From Bacillota bacterium (GTDB taxonomy: Bacteria > Bacillota > JAAYKD01): a stretch of DNA of 64,000 nucleotides. This document shows positions 1 to 9,065 of this stretch, one piece after another (position 1 is the first letter of the stretch; every line of letters begins with the position of its first letter). Location: assembly GCA_036744005.1 (NCBI GenBank), contig DAINOJ010000013.1, forward strand, positions 10-64,009, read 5' to 3'. A program made the translations under genes and the position numbers. The notes under the pieces were generated by a model. It saw only the letters and a list, made by a program, of their open reading frames with translations. It ran no database searches and was not told the origin of the DNA.

Positions 1-54
1 TTTTTTTCCAGTGGGTAGTGAGGACAAGAGTTCTCGGACTGGAGGATAAATTTC

Positions 55-441
55 ATGACAAATGAGCAAAGAGATCGAATCACTACTATGCGACAGAACG
101 GTTGCGGATATATAAAGATTGCACAAGAACTTGACCTTTCCATCAATACAGTAAAATCTTATTGTCGCAGGCAAAAAAGTGTTGTCACTAAGGAAGAAAC
201 TGCTCGTTGTGCAGAGTGCGGAAAACCTATAGATATCAGCACGCGTGGTGGTAAGCGTTTCTGCTCCGATTCCTGCCGCATGAAATGGTGGAACAAGCAT
301 CCGAAAGCACATATGCCGTATAAAGCAAATTGTGCTTTTTGCGGCAAAGAAATACAAATGCGCCGCAAGGCTGAGCGAAAGTATTGTTCTCACCGCTGTT
401 ACATTGCTGCTCGTTATCGGGAGGATGTCATGAATGAATGA
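55..441 (+). CDS. HTH plus Cys-rich zinc-finger-like DNA-binding protein (sigma-70-like HTH of prophage/ICE recombinase modules)
   Basis: N-terminal HTH (GYIKIAQELDLSINTVKSYCRR), two CxxC...FCSxxC/YCSxxC repeats, RBS GGAGG upstream, located directly before the recombinases. Confidence 0.75.
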   Translation: MTNEQRDRITTMRQNGCGYIKIAQELDLSINTVKSYCRRQKSVVTKEETARCAECGKPIDISTRGGKRFCSDSCRMKWWNKHPKAHMPYKANCAFCGKEIQMRRKAERKYCSHRCYIAARYREDVMNE

Positions 442-631
442 TTTTCAGAAAGTCCAGGCCTACCAATCCGCTATGGCACAAGCACACATTATGCTCCAAA
501 GAAATATCATCAGCAGGGAGGACATTGTATTAATTGAGAGCAAATTGGCCGAGAGATACAGACTAAAAAATGGCAGTATATATCGCGAAATTGACTTGAT
601 AAATGTTGCTTTTAGAGCGAACATGGTGTAA
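434..631 (+). CDS. small SHOCT-like protein
   Basis: 65 aa, overlaps the previous stop; LQRNIISREDIVLIESKLAERY resembles the SHOCT peptides that precede tandem recombinases. Confidence 0.6.
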   Translation: MNDFQKVQAYQSAMAQAHIMLQRNIISREDIVLIESKLAERYRLKNGSIYREIDLINVAFRANMV

Positions 632-648
632 GACAAGGAGGTGATATT

Positions 649-1983
649 ATGCCGAAAATAATAAGAAAAATACCGCAAAAGACGCGATTGGAACCACCCA
701 AAAAGGTCGCTGCCTATGCGCGTGTTTCGTCTGGAAAGGATGCCATGCTCCACTCGCTATCTTCACAGGTTAGCTATTACAGTAGATTCATACAAAGCCA
801 CGCAGAGTGGCTTTATGTAGGCGTTTATTCTGACGAAGCACTGAGCGGTACGAAGGACAACCGAACCGGGTTCCAAAAACTTCTCGCAGACTGCCGTTCT
901 GGAAAGGTGAACATGATACTGACCAAGTCCATCTCTCGCTTTGCCCGGAACACGGTGACCTTGCTGGAAACCGTCCGCGAGCTCAAGTCGTTGGAGGTGG
1001 ATGTTTTTTTTGAGGAGCAGAGCATCCATACGCTGAGTGCTGAGGGCGAGTTAATGCTGACCATACTTGCATCCTACGCGCAGGAAGAAAGCTTATCCGC
1101 TAGTGAAAATCAAAAATGGCGCGTTCGTAAGGGCTTTGAAAACGGAGAATTGCTCAATTGGCGGTTCCTGTTCGGGTATAGCATTACGAAGGTTGGAATT
1201 GAGATCGATACCACCACTGCGCCGATTGTTCGCGAAATATTTACCCGCGTTATCGACGGAGTGTCCTTAGGAGTGATTAGTAGGAGTCTAAACAGCCGAG
1301 GTGTTTCAGGTGAGCTTGGTGGCAAATGGTGTACCCAGCGTATTCGCGAAATAATTAGTAATGAGAAATATACGGGAAGTGCCATGCTTCAAAAGCACTA
1401 CAGAAATAACCATCTAGAGAAAAAGAAATGCCGTAACACAGGTGAGTTACCCATGTTCTTTGCGGAAGAAACACATCATGCGATCATAGACAAGGAAACC
1501 TTCCTTGTAGCAAATGCTATTTTAAAGGGAATGCAGGAATCAGTCAAAAACAGATCGCGACCACAGAAAAGTGAGTTCACAGGTAAAATCCACTGCCCCT
1601 ACTGTGGGAAAAATTTTAAGCGAAACATCGGTAAATGCACCGTGGGTTGGAACTGCTCCACTTTTCTCGCCAAAGGTAAAACGTATTGTCATGGCAAAAA
1701 AATACCCGAAGCAACCCTACAGGCCATATGTGCCGAGGTTCTTGTAATGGAAACCTACAACTCAGTTATCTTCCAAGAGAGAGTTGAGCGTATTGAAGCT
1801 TCGGAAGACAATTATTTGCTTTTTGTTTTCAAAGACGGTAGCACAGTTGAGCGCACCTGGGCTGACCGCTCACGGCGGGAAAGCTGGACAGCACAAATGA
1901 AGGTAGCAGCAACCGAGCGAATACGCAGCCAAAGGGGGAAAAAACATGCCAAGAGTAACGACAATACCAGCGACAAAAAATAA
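649..1983 (+). CDS. large serine recombinase (resolvase + recombinase + Zn-ribbon domains)
   Basis: VAAYARVSS catalytic motif, LTKSISRFARN, Zn ribbon CPYCG...WNC; RBS AAGGAGGTG. Confidence 0.95.
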   Translation: MPKIIRKIPQKTRLEPPKKVAAYARVSSGKDAMLHSLSSQVSYYSRFIQSHAEWLYVGVYSDEALSGTKDNRTGFQKLLADCRSGKVNMILTKSISRFARNTVTLLETVRELKSLEVDVFFEEQSIHTLSAEGELMLTILASYAQEESLSASENQKWRVRKGFENGELLNWRFLFGYSITKVGIEIDTTTAPIVREIFTRVIDGVSLGVISRSLNSRGVSGELGGKWCTQRIREIISNEKYTGSAMLQKHYRNNHLEKKKCRNTGELPMFFAEETHHAIIDKETFLVANAILKGMQESVKNRSRPQKSEFTGKIHCPYCGKNFKRNIGKCTVGWNCSTFLAKGKTYCHGKKIPEATLQAICAEVLVMETYNSVIFQERVERIEASEDNYLLFVFKDGSTVERTWADRSRRESWTAQMKVAATERIRSQRGKKHAKSNDNTSDKK

Positions 1984-3517
1984 GTTCACTGCACTGCCAA
2001 ACTCAATCAATGCAAAGCGACGCACTGCAGGGTATGCTCGTGTTTCCACGGATAAGGACGAGCAGTTTACCAGTTATGAGGCACAAGTCGATTATTACAC
2101 CAAATACATTCAATCCCGAGAGGACTGGGAGTTCGTAAAGGTTTATACGGATGAGGGGATTTCTGCTTTGAATACGAAACACCGGGAAGGCTTTCAACAG
2201 ATGGTGCGAGATGCCATGGATGGCAAGATAGACCTCATCGTAACAAAATCGGTCAGCCGATTTGCGAGAAACACAGTAGACAGCCTGGTTACCATACGCA
2301 AGCTGAAGGAGAAAGGGGTGGAGTGTTATTTTGAGAAAGAAAACATCTTCACCTTTGATGGTAAAGGCGAGCTGCTTCTCACCATTATGAGTTCTCTGGC
2401 ACAGGAAGAAAGCCGTTCCATTTCAGAAAATGTCACGTGGGGCCATCGCAAACGATTCTCAGATGGCAAGGTCAGCGTCGGTTACTCTCAATTTCTCGGG
2501 TTTACTAAGGGCGAGGATGGAAACCTCAAAGTAGTGCCGGAGCAAGCCGAAACGGTACGACTCATCTATAAGATGTTCCTTGAGGGAAGAACCACACAGG
2601 GCATAGCCAATTACCTTATGGAACACGGCATTCTCAGCCCTGCTAGAAAGAAGACATGGCGGTCATCCACAGTTGCTAGTATCCTCACCAATGAGAAATA
2701 TAGGGGCGATGCACTGCTCCAGAAACGGTTTACCGTTGACTTTTTAACGAAAGAACTACGGGTAAATAATGGTGAAGTACCCCAATATTATGTAGAAAAT
2801 TCACATGAAGCCATTATCGCTCCTGAGGAATATGAAATGGTGCAAGGAGAAATGGCACGGCGTAAGGATCTGGGCAGAGCATACAGCGATAAGGCGTTTC
2901 ACAGTAAAATCATCTGCGGAGAATGTGGTGGTTTCTATGGCCGAAAGATCTGGCATTCCACGGATGAATATAGAAGTGTGATCTTCCAGTGCAATCAGAA
3001 ATTCAAAAACGAGAATAAGTGCACCACACCCAAACTCAGCGAGGAAGAAATCAAACAGCGATTCCTTAAAGCCTACAATGACTTGATGGGCAATCGTTCT
3101 TCGGTGCTTGCTGATTGTGAGCTTATCCGTCAGGTGCTCTGTGAGACCACGACGCTTGATGCCGAATTGCAACACGAGCAAGATGAAATGGTGATTATGT
3201 CAGAGCTCATGCATGCACACATAAAAAAGAATGCGTCCGTTGCTCAGTCGCAGGAAGCCTACGCACTGGAAACAGAACGCATTGAGAAACGCTATAACAC
3301 CGCACTGGAACATTACAATGCTCTAGAAGTAGAGAAAGAGAAGAGGATGCAGAAGAGTAAGGAAATTAGCATTTTCATCACAACGTTGAAAAAACAACCA
3401 CTAACCGTAATGGAATGGAACGATCGACTTTGGATTACACTACTTGACACTGCCACCGTTAATAGAGAAGGTGAGATCGTATTCAAGTTTAAAAATGGTG
3501 TGTTGATGACTGTATAA
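1946..3517 (+). CDS. second large serine recombinase
   Basis: TAGYARVST, VTKSVSRFARN, CGECG...FQC Zn ribbon, C-terminal coiled coil; overlaps the first recombinase. Confidence 0.95.
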   Translation: MPRVTTIPATKNKFTALPNSINAKRRTAGYARVSTDKDEQFTSYEAQVDYYTKYIQSREDWEFVKVYTDEGISALNTKHREGFQQMVRDAMDGKIDLIVTKSVSRFARNTVDSLVTIRKLKEKGVECYFEKENIFTFDGKGELLLTIMSSLAQEESRSISENVTWGHRKRFSDGKVSVGYSQFLGFTKGEDGNLKVVPEQAETVRLIYKMFLEGRTTQGIANYLMEHGILSPARKKTWRSSTVASILTNEKYRGDALLQKRFTVDFLTKELRVNNGEVPQYYVENSHEAIIAPEEYEMVQGEMARRKDLGRAYSDKAFHSKIICGECGGFYGRKIWHSTDEYRSVIFQCNQKFKNENKCTTPKLSEEEIKQRFLKAYNDLMGNRSSVLADCELIRQVLCETTTLDAELQHEQDEMVIMSELMHAHIKKNASVAQSQEAYALETERIEKRYNTALEHYNALEVEKEKRMQKSKEISIFITTLKKQPLTVMEWNDRLWITLLDTATVNREGEIVFKFKNGVLMTV

Positions 3518-3703
3518 AACAAACCAACCTGCAGATAAGTAGGATGGCTTAAAGCCTCCCAGTCAGGTTTAACTTAATCAGTGTGAGGAAACATCAGTAT
3601 TATGAGTTTTTACCTCAAGGCTAGACTAATAACAGAGATCATGGATACTACAGCAAATTTAACTGTGTGCTCCTGCTGGGATTCGTAATCAATTTGTCTT
3701 GAG

Positions 3704-4960
3704 CTAGTTTACAATTTGTTTTATGTACAAAGGTAATAAGTCATTCTCAATGTAGTTGAAAGCATCAATATGGCAATCATTATATCCACAATCTCCCGAT
3801 AAATTCCTTTGAAGATGGCAGCCACCATGACACAGGGGTAAATACTTACAATCTTGACATCTGGAAGGTATGTCTCTGGTTAATTGTTTATAAGATTTTA
3901 TTTGCAGATTCCCGTCTTTTATATAACCAAAATCAGCATCGTCCACTCCGACACCGTTAAAACATTTATATACTTTACAATCCGGACCAACAACAAAACT
4001 CGAATCCGACTCACCCAAGCAAATGATCGAACTCACTGGATTTGGTATTTTGAAACCAAGTTGCAGAGACTTTTCAAAAAGCGATTTTTGATTATCAAAT
4101 TCCTGATTCAATACACTACACTGGTTATATAGATATGTATCTTCCACAAGATGAGCAAAATATACACAAACCCCAGTTTTATTAATGATTAAAGCACCTA
4201 GTTCATCAAGTGCTTTCGAAGCAAAATCGAGATTTCCCTTTGGATAATTAATTCGAATATCGAGCGGGATGTTGTTCTTTACCAACAGATTAGCAACATT
4301 AATCAAGTTGTCATAAGATCCTTGCTTGACTTTATTATGGTTTTCCTTACAACCATCAAAAGTCAACTGAACACCTTTAACAGGTAATTTCTTTAAATCA
4401 TTTAGAACGGTCTCGTTGATCAGGGTGCCATTTGTTATAAATTTGAATCCGTAATTTTTGATTCTGCTCTTGCTTAAAACTTTGCTCACTTCCCATACTG
4501 GGTCCATATTTAAAAATGGCTCCCCACCGATGATATTGACCATTATCCTGTCAAATGCCGATGCTTTTAACCAGTTCTCCAACCATAATGTTACAGACTT
4601 GGTTTTGTTTTCGTCTAAACGAGAGCGGCTTTTCATTGGATTCTGAATACAATAATAACAAGACAGATTGCATTCCATTGTTGTCACTAGCGTTAGAGCA
4701 CCAGCTTTATTTGTATAGGTAGATTTGTTGTAAAAGTATTTTAACTTATAAAAGTCTTCTAGGTGGTCTTCAACAATGTATCCATAGCTAAAAAGTTTTT
4801 TCTGTAGGTCACTTGATAGCCGGTTAATGTGATTATGAATAATCAGGTCATATTCGTCACTTGCTATCGATATAATGCTTTGATTAATGTATGAGAATAA
4901 AAACACCTTGTTCGGGAAATTTGGAAGTATAATTGCTGAACAGTAATTGCTTAATAGGAT
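3704..4960 (-). CDS. radical SAM/SPASM peptide maturase A
   Basis: CNLSCYYC (CxxxCxxC), IIGGEPF, SPASM cysteines (CLGE...VYKC; CQDCKYLPLCHGGC). Start uncertain: GGAGGT is followed 6 nt later by in-frame ATC at 4960; the track's TTG at 4978 lies upstream of this RBS. Confidence 0.9.
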   Translation of the reverse strand: MLLSNYCSAIILPNFPNKVFLFSYINQSIISIASDEYDLIIHNHINRLSSDLQKKLFSYGYIVEDHLEDFYKLKYFYNKSTYTNKAGALTLVTTMECNLSCYYCIQNPMKSRSRLDENKTKSVTLWLENWLKASAFDRIMVNIIGGEPFLNMDPVWEVSKVLSKSRIKNYGFKFITNGTLINETVLNDLKKLPVKGVQLTFDGCKENHNKVKQGSYDNLINVANLLVKNNIPLDIRINYPKGNLDFASKALDELGALIINKTGVCVYFAHLVEDTYLYNQCSVLNQEFDNQKSLFEKSLQLGFKIPNPVSSIICLGESDSSFVVGPDCKVYKCFNGVGVDDADFGYIKDGNLQIKSYKQLTRDIPSRCQDCKYLPLCHGGCHLQRNLSGDCGYNDCHIDAFNYIENDLLPLYIKQIVN

Positions 4961-5009
4961 GTGATTACCTCCCTTCAAAGATAAGTATTATTTAAAGGGA
5001 ACTCTATCA

Positions 5010-5111
5010 TTAAAAAGGGCAATCTACAAAAAGATTAATCATGTTGCAACAGCATAAATCTATATCTACCGGTCCATCAACTATTAATAGGAAACCTTCT
5101 TTGATAATCAT
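5010..5111 (-). CDS. putative RiPP precursor peptide A, 33 aa MIIKEGFLLIVDGPVDIDLCCCNMINLFVDCPF
   Basis: Translated by hand: RBS GAGAGGAGGA (5126-5117), ATG 5111, TAA 5012-5010, TATAAT at 5151-5146; directly upstream of rSAM A on the same strand. Confidence 0.75.
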   Translation of the reverse strand: MIIKEGFLLIVDGPVDIDLCCCNMINLFVDCPF

Positions 5112-5183
5112 TAAAATCCTCCTCTCTATTATTTAGTCAAGTCTTATTATACGAGAAAACCGCTAATGACTTACAAATAATGT

Positions 5184-6110
5184 TTAGTTTGTGAACCTTT
5201 GTAAACGTTTCTCAAATTTTTTTCTCGCTTGTTGTGAATCATAACCGTTTTTAGAGAATTCTTCGGGCAGCCAATCAATTGAATAAGTTATGAGTTCCAA
5301 AATTAGTTTTGTATCCATTTCCTTAAGTAGAATACGATACAGCATTTCATGAGCACATATAATGATTAGACTTGAATAATTTCTTCTAGATTTCAGAATC
5401 TTCCAAAGTGTTTCACGTGCCAAATCTATCTTTCCAGATCTCCATTGGCACTCAGCAAGTAGAATATCCAAGTTCTGAGACGGATAGTTTTTTTGAACCT
5501 CTTCACATAATTTAAGTGCTGAGTTGCTCTGGCCTGTAACTAAGTAACCAAAAATAAGGTTATAACTAGATTGTAATGTGGGATTTAAATCTGCCTTTGA
5601 TTTAAGTTCATCTAAAACGTCATATGTACCGTAATACAATATCTGCAATAAAATTTTCTGATTATGAATTTGAAACAGTTTTCCTTGATCAAGATCACTA
5701 ACTTCATTTATCAGTTCGTCGATGCGAGTAATTAAGTTATGAGACTTGTGAAGTAAATGAGTTATTTCTATAGAGATTAATCTAAACTCCATTTCGTCGT
5801 CCATTTTCGCTTCGCCATCGAGCTTAACAAGGTCTTGTACTTTTTCATATTCATCTAAATCTAAATCAAAATAGTACCTTGAGATAGATTTTTTGATTTG
5901 TTCCTTATTGCTATACATCATTATGTTATCAATGGTCGTATTTAATACGGATGCCAAAACAGGCAACAATTCACTTGCTGGAAGAGTTTTTCCTTGTTCC
6001 CAATTATAAACAGTAGCAAGGGATACCCCCGTCTTCTCTGCTAGATCGTTTGGGGTTAAATCTCTATCTTCTCTTAATTCCCGAATTTTATTTCCAATGT
6101 TTTGTTTCAT
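5184..6110 (-). CDS. XRE-family HTH regulator with helical/TPR-like C-terminal domain (Rgg/RNPP-like architecture)
   Basis: IGNKIRELREDRDLTPNDLAEKTGVSLATVYNWEQG HTH, then about 240 aa rich in helices; RBS AAGGAGG before ATG 6110. Confidence 0.8.
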   Translation of the reverse strand: MKQNIGNKIRELREDRDLTPNDLAEKTGVSLATVYNWEQGKTLPASELLPVLASVLNTTIDNIMMYSNKEQIKKSISRYYFDLDLDEYEKVQDLVKLDGEAKMDDEMEFRLISIEITHLLHKSHNLITRIDELINEVSDLDQGKLFQIHNQKILLQILYYGTYDVLDELKSKADLNPTLQSSYNLIFGYLVTGQSNSALKLCEEVQKNYPSQNLDILLAECQWRSGKIDLARETLWKILKSRRNYSSLIIICAHEMLYRILLKEMDTKLILELITYSIDWLPEEFSKNGYDSQQARKKFEKRLQRFTN

Positions 6111-6310
6111 ATATAACCTCCTTAAACAAAATAGAATATTCTTCAAAATCAGCTTGAATCCCTTCTTTTATAGAAAGTTCAAAAGTATATAAACTGCTCA
6201 AAACTCGAATAATAGTTAGTATAAATGAGTAGTTGGAGAAATGAGTTTATGAACTAATAGTAGGTGAAGAAAGGTTTTAGATAATTATAGAAAAATGGGG
6301 TAATATGAAC

Positions 6311-6338
6311 ATTCAATGTATGATAACATACATTGAAT
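6311..6338. promoter_or_regulatory. 12-bp perfect inverted repeat, candidate operator
   Basis: ATTCAATGTATG-ataa-CATACATTGAAT in the divergent intergenic region. Confidence 0.5.
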
Positions 6339-6470
6339 TATACCATTAATGTTGATAAATTTTTTTATCTCTTGAGTCTGTCTTATTGACATCGATCCAG
6401 CCATTGAATATTACGATGATAATATCAATCATTGCCTAACCGCGGTAAAACATAAAAAATCTTATGAGTT

Positions 6471-6486
6471 TTCTAATATATTAGAA
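6471..6486. promoter_or_regulatory. 16-bp perfect palindrome, candidate activator site
   Basis: TTCTAATATATTAGAA, about 45 nt upstream of TATAAT at 6530-6535, which has no consensus -35. Confidence 0.4.
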
Positions 6487-6556
6487 GATTTTAAAACATG
6501 TTTTTGTGGAGTTCTCTCGTCTTGTGTTTTATAATCATAATGAAGGAGGTGAAAAT

Positions 6557-6697
6557 ATGAAACTTATTAGGCTTAATTCTAACGCGAATTCATCTACAAG
6601 TCAATGCTTTACAAACACCTGCCCCACCAATTGCTCCTGTGTTTCGTTTTACCCAAGTTGCCCACCAGATTGTACTTCAGTCAACACCCAACAGTAG
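6557..6697 (+). CDS. putative RiPP precursor peptide B, 46 aa with six Cys (MKLIRLNSNANSSTSQCFTNTCPTNCSCVSFYPSCPPDCTSVNTQQ)
   Basis: Strong RBS GAAGGAGGTG then ATG 6557; first gene of the operon containing rSAM B; Cys-free leader and Cys/Ser/Thr-rich core. Confidence 0.85.
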   Translation: MKLIRLNSNANSSTSQCFTNTCPTNCSCVSFYPSCPPDCTSVNTQQ

Positions 6698-6702
6698 TTT
6701 TA

Positions 6703-6780
6703 TTTTAGGTTTGTATGTTTGAAACCTAAAACTGACTTTCTAATTTGCTTGGGGTAGCTTTTGGCTACCCTTATATTTTT
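6703..6780 (+). terminator. tandem hairpins after precursor B
   Basis: TTTTAGGTTT/AAACCTAAAA (6703-6731) and GGGTAGC/GCTACCC (6752-6770) followed by a T-rich run. Confidence 0.6.
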
Positions 6781-6791
6781 AGGAGGAGAAT

Positions 6792-7241
6792 TTGCTAGAA
6801 ACCAGATTAACAAAATCAAGGCAGGAATTTGAAGAATTATTAGAATATATGTATAAGAATAAATTATTCATTGCTGATAGATTCAAAACCGAATGCATAG
6901 AATCTTTTCAGGATTTTATAAAGAATTTGCTCTGTTATTCAATAATTGAAACAGAAAATGAAAGTGTGGTTGGATGCATTGTAATCTTAAATCTTGATTC
7001 TTGGAACCATAGAGCTGAAATTAGATTTACCTATTATTTATATATTGAAGACACTGCCATTCTTGATATTTTCAATAAGTTTTTCTTTTTTGAGCTAAAT
7101 CTACATAGAATATATTGGATAACAGAGAAATGCAAAGTTTCTGCTTTTGAGAAGCTCCATGCATTTTTTGAAGGCGAATATATACAAGATAGCGTTAAGT
7201 ATTGTTTCTATTCGATGGTTGGGAAAAATCGTGTTTACTAA
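6792..7241 (+). CDS. RimJ/RimL-type GNAT-fold protein 1 (divergent)
   Basis: NLDSWNHRAEIRF and ELNLHRIYW...FFEG segments; RBS AGGAGG, TTG start. Confidence 0.6.
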   Translation: MLETRLTKSRQEFEELLEYMYKNKLFIADRFKTECIESFQDFIKNLLCYSIIETENESVVGCIVILNLDSWNHRAEIRFTYYLYIEDTAILDIFNKFFFFELNLHRIYWITEKCKVSAFEKLHAFFEGEYIQDSVKYCFYSMVGKNRVY

Positions 7242-7292
7242 AAAAGCAATTTTATTATAATATTAAATAGACTAAACTCATAACTCAGTGAG

Positions 7293-7742
7293 GTGTTTTT
7301 GTTGATTAATTTGGTGAATTTAAGCGAGTTAAATAAAATCGTCTTAGGAAATCGTAGGGCTTGGGTATATTCGCAATTTCCGCGAATCCCTACAGGGTAT
7401 GTTGAACGGCCTAATTTCCCACTCTCTGCTCTAAAATGGCAAGGTAAACATGGAAATATCCTCCTCATAATAATGGATGTTGAATTAACTTATGGCCAAG
7501 CTGAATTATGCTTTTTTGACTTTATAGGTAAAATCACAAGCGATGATGTTAAAAGATTTTGTGACTATTTTGGTAATTCGTTTGCTATAAGTCAGATAAG
7601 AACAACCATTCCAAAAAACGACGATTATATTGATGTTTTGCTTTCTGCGGGATTTAACCATGTTGCTTTCATGCAAGATCATATTTGTATATCACTAAAC
7701 ACTTACATAAATGCAGAAATATTAAATTATAAACTGATGTGA
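7293..7742 (+). CDS. RimJ/RimL-type GNAT-fold protein 2 (divergent)
   Basis: YGQAELCF, VLLSAGFNHVAFMQDHI resemble the RimL-type C-terminal GF..E motif; sits inside the operon. Confidence 0.5.
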   Translation: MFLLINLVNLSELNKIVLGNRRAWVYSQFPRIPTGYVERPNFPLSALKWQGKHGNILLIIMDVELTYGQAELCFFDFIGKITSDDVKRFCDYFGNSFAISQIRTTIPKNDDYIDVLLSAGFNHVAFMQDHICISLNTYINAEILNYKLM

Positions 7743-7757
7743 AGGAGACTGGCATGA

Positions 7758-9065
7758 ATGAATTACTTCAATAATAGAAAAAGCAATTTTACTATCAGGC
7801 AAAAACTTAACGAAAAAGAAACTTTGATACATAATACAAGTTCAAATACGTTGATCATTGTTGAAAATGAAGTTTATGAAAGATTTGAAAAATGTAATTG
7901 GAGCATATCTGAGCAAGAACGTTGGATAGAAGGCGGTTTTCTTATCGAAGACGAATTAGATGAGAGGGAGGATTTACTAAATCGATTTATTAGTGCAAGA
8001 AACTATTCGGATTTATCGTTAACAATCTGTCCTACTCTGGGCTGCAATCTACGGTGCGGTTATTGTTATGAGGATTCACAAAGTAAAATTGAATTCATGA
8101 GCGATTCCGTTGCAGATGAAATAGTAAGCTACGTTGAAAAAAATAAATTTGAGAATTTAGTGTTGACGTGGTATGGCGGAGAACCACTATTAGCATTAAG
8201 TAGAATTTTAGAGTTGCAAGAAAGGTTAAAATCCAAAACAAATAAAATTATATCAAGCATGATAACTAATGGTGTCCTCCTTACTAAGAAGACTTTCGAC
8301 GATCTAATAGTAGCGGGAGTAGGGCGGTTTCAGATTACAATTGATGGATCGAAATTTTACCATGACCTAAGAAGAATCACACCTAGCGGCGGAGGGACTT
8401 TTGATGTAATTACTCAGAATCTTCGTGATATAAATTGCGATCCGAAATATCTATCAATAAGAGTAAACATTGATAAAGAAAATAAAGAAGGCTTCATATC
8501 TCTATTAGAGTATTTTGATGAAGACCCTATTCTACGCAAATACTTAAGTATAATTTACCCTGCTCCAGTTACAGCTTGGTCCATTCTGCCAAATAACTGG
8601 ACTGAAAAATGCTTGGGTAATAAAGAGTATGCAGAGTTTTATTTTGATCTAAGTGATTTAGTTTATGAGCGGTATAGTATTAATTTAGTAAAAATTCCAG
8701 AATCAAAAAATATGTATTGTGGTGCTACAGTAAAGAATCATTTTGTTATTGGTCCAAAAGGTGAATTATACAAATGCTATATAACTGTTGGTGATACCAG
8801 TACAATTGTAGGTTATATAAATGGTGAAAATAAAGATGTTCTAAATAAAGAGGAATTGAGATTTTGGGATCAATGGAACCCCTTTAATAATGATAAATGT
8901 TATAATTGTCAGTTTCTCCCTCTATGTATGGGTGGTTGTCCGGGCTTAACCCATATAGCCAAAAAAAACCATGAGGACCAATGTTTTCAAATGAAAAGTT
9001 ATTATATAGATACAGTATCAAGGTCAATCCGCGGTGACTTAAATGAAATTAATGCAAGCGAGTAG
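7758..9065 (+). CDS. radical SAM/SPASM peptide maturase B
   Basis: CNLRCGYC, WYGGEPLL, SPASM (YCGA...LYKC; CYNCQFLPLCMGGCP...C), N-terminal extension consistent with an RRE. Confidence 0.93.
   Translation: MNYFNNRKSNFTIRQKLNEKETLIHNTSSNTLIIVENEVYERFEKCNWSISEQERWIEGGFLIEDELDEREDLLNRFISARNYSDLSLTICPTLGCNLRCGYCYEDSQSKIEFMSDSVADEIVSYVEKNKFENLVLTWYGGEPLLALSRILELQERLKSKTNKIISSMITNGVLLTKKTFDDLIVAGVGRFQITIDGSKFYHDLRRITPSGGGTFDVITQNLRDINCDPKYLSIRVNIDKENKEGFISLLEYFDEDPILRKYLSIIYPAPVTAWSILPNNWTEKCLGNKEYAEFYFDLSDLVYERYSINLVKIPESKNMYCGATVKNHFVIGPKGELYKCYITVGDTSTIVGYINGENKDVLNKEELRFWDQWNPFNNDKCYNCQFLPLCMGGCPGLTHIAKKNHEDQCFQMKSYYIDTVSRSIRGDLNEINASE

Noticed and set aside
6305-6349. 14-aa ORF MNIQCMITYIELYH as a pheromone peptide
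   Set aside because: Weak RBS; it overlaps the 12-bp inverted repeat, which explains the sequence better
6557-6697. Canonical SCIFF/thermocellin
   Set aside because: Cys count matches but leader, spacing and genomic context do not
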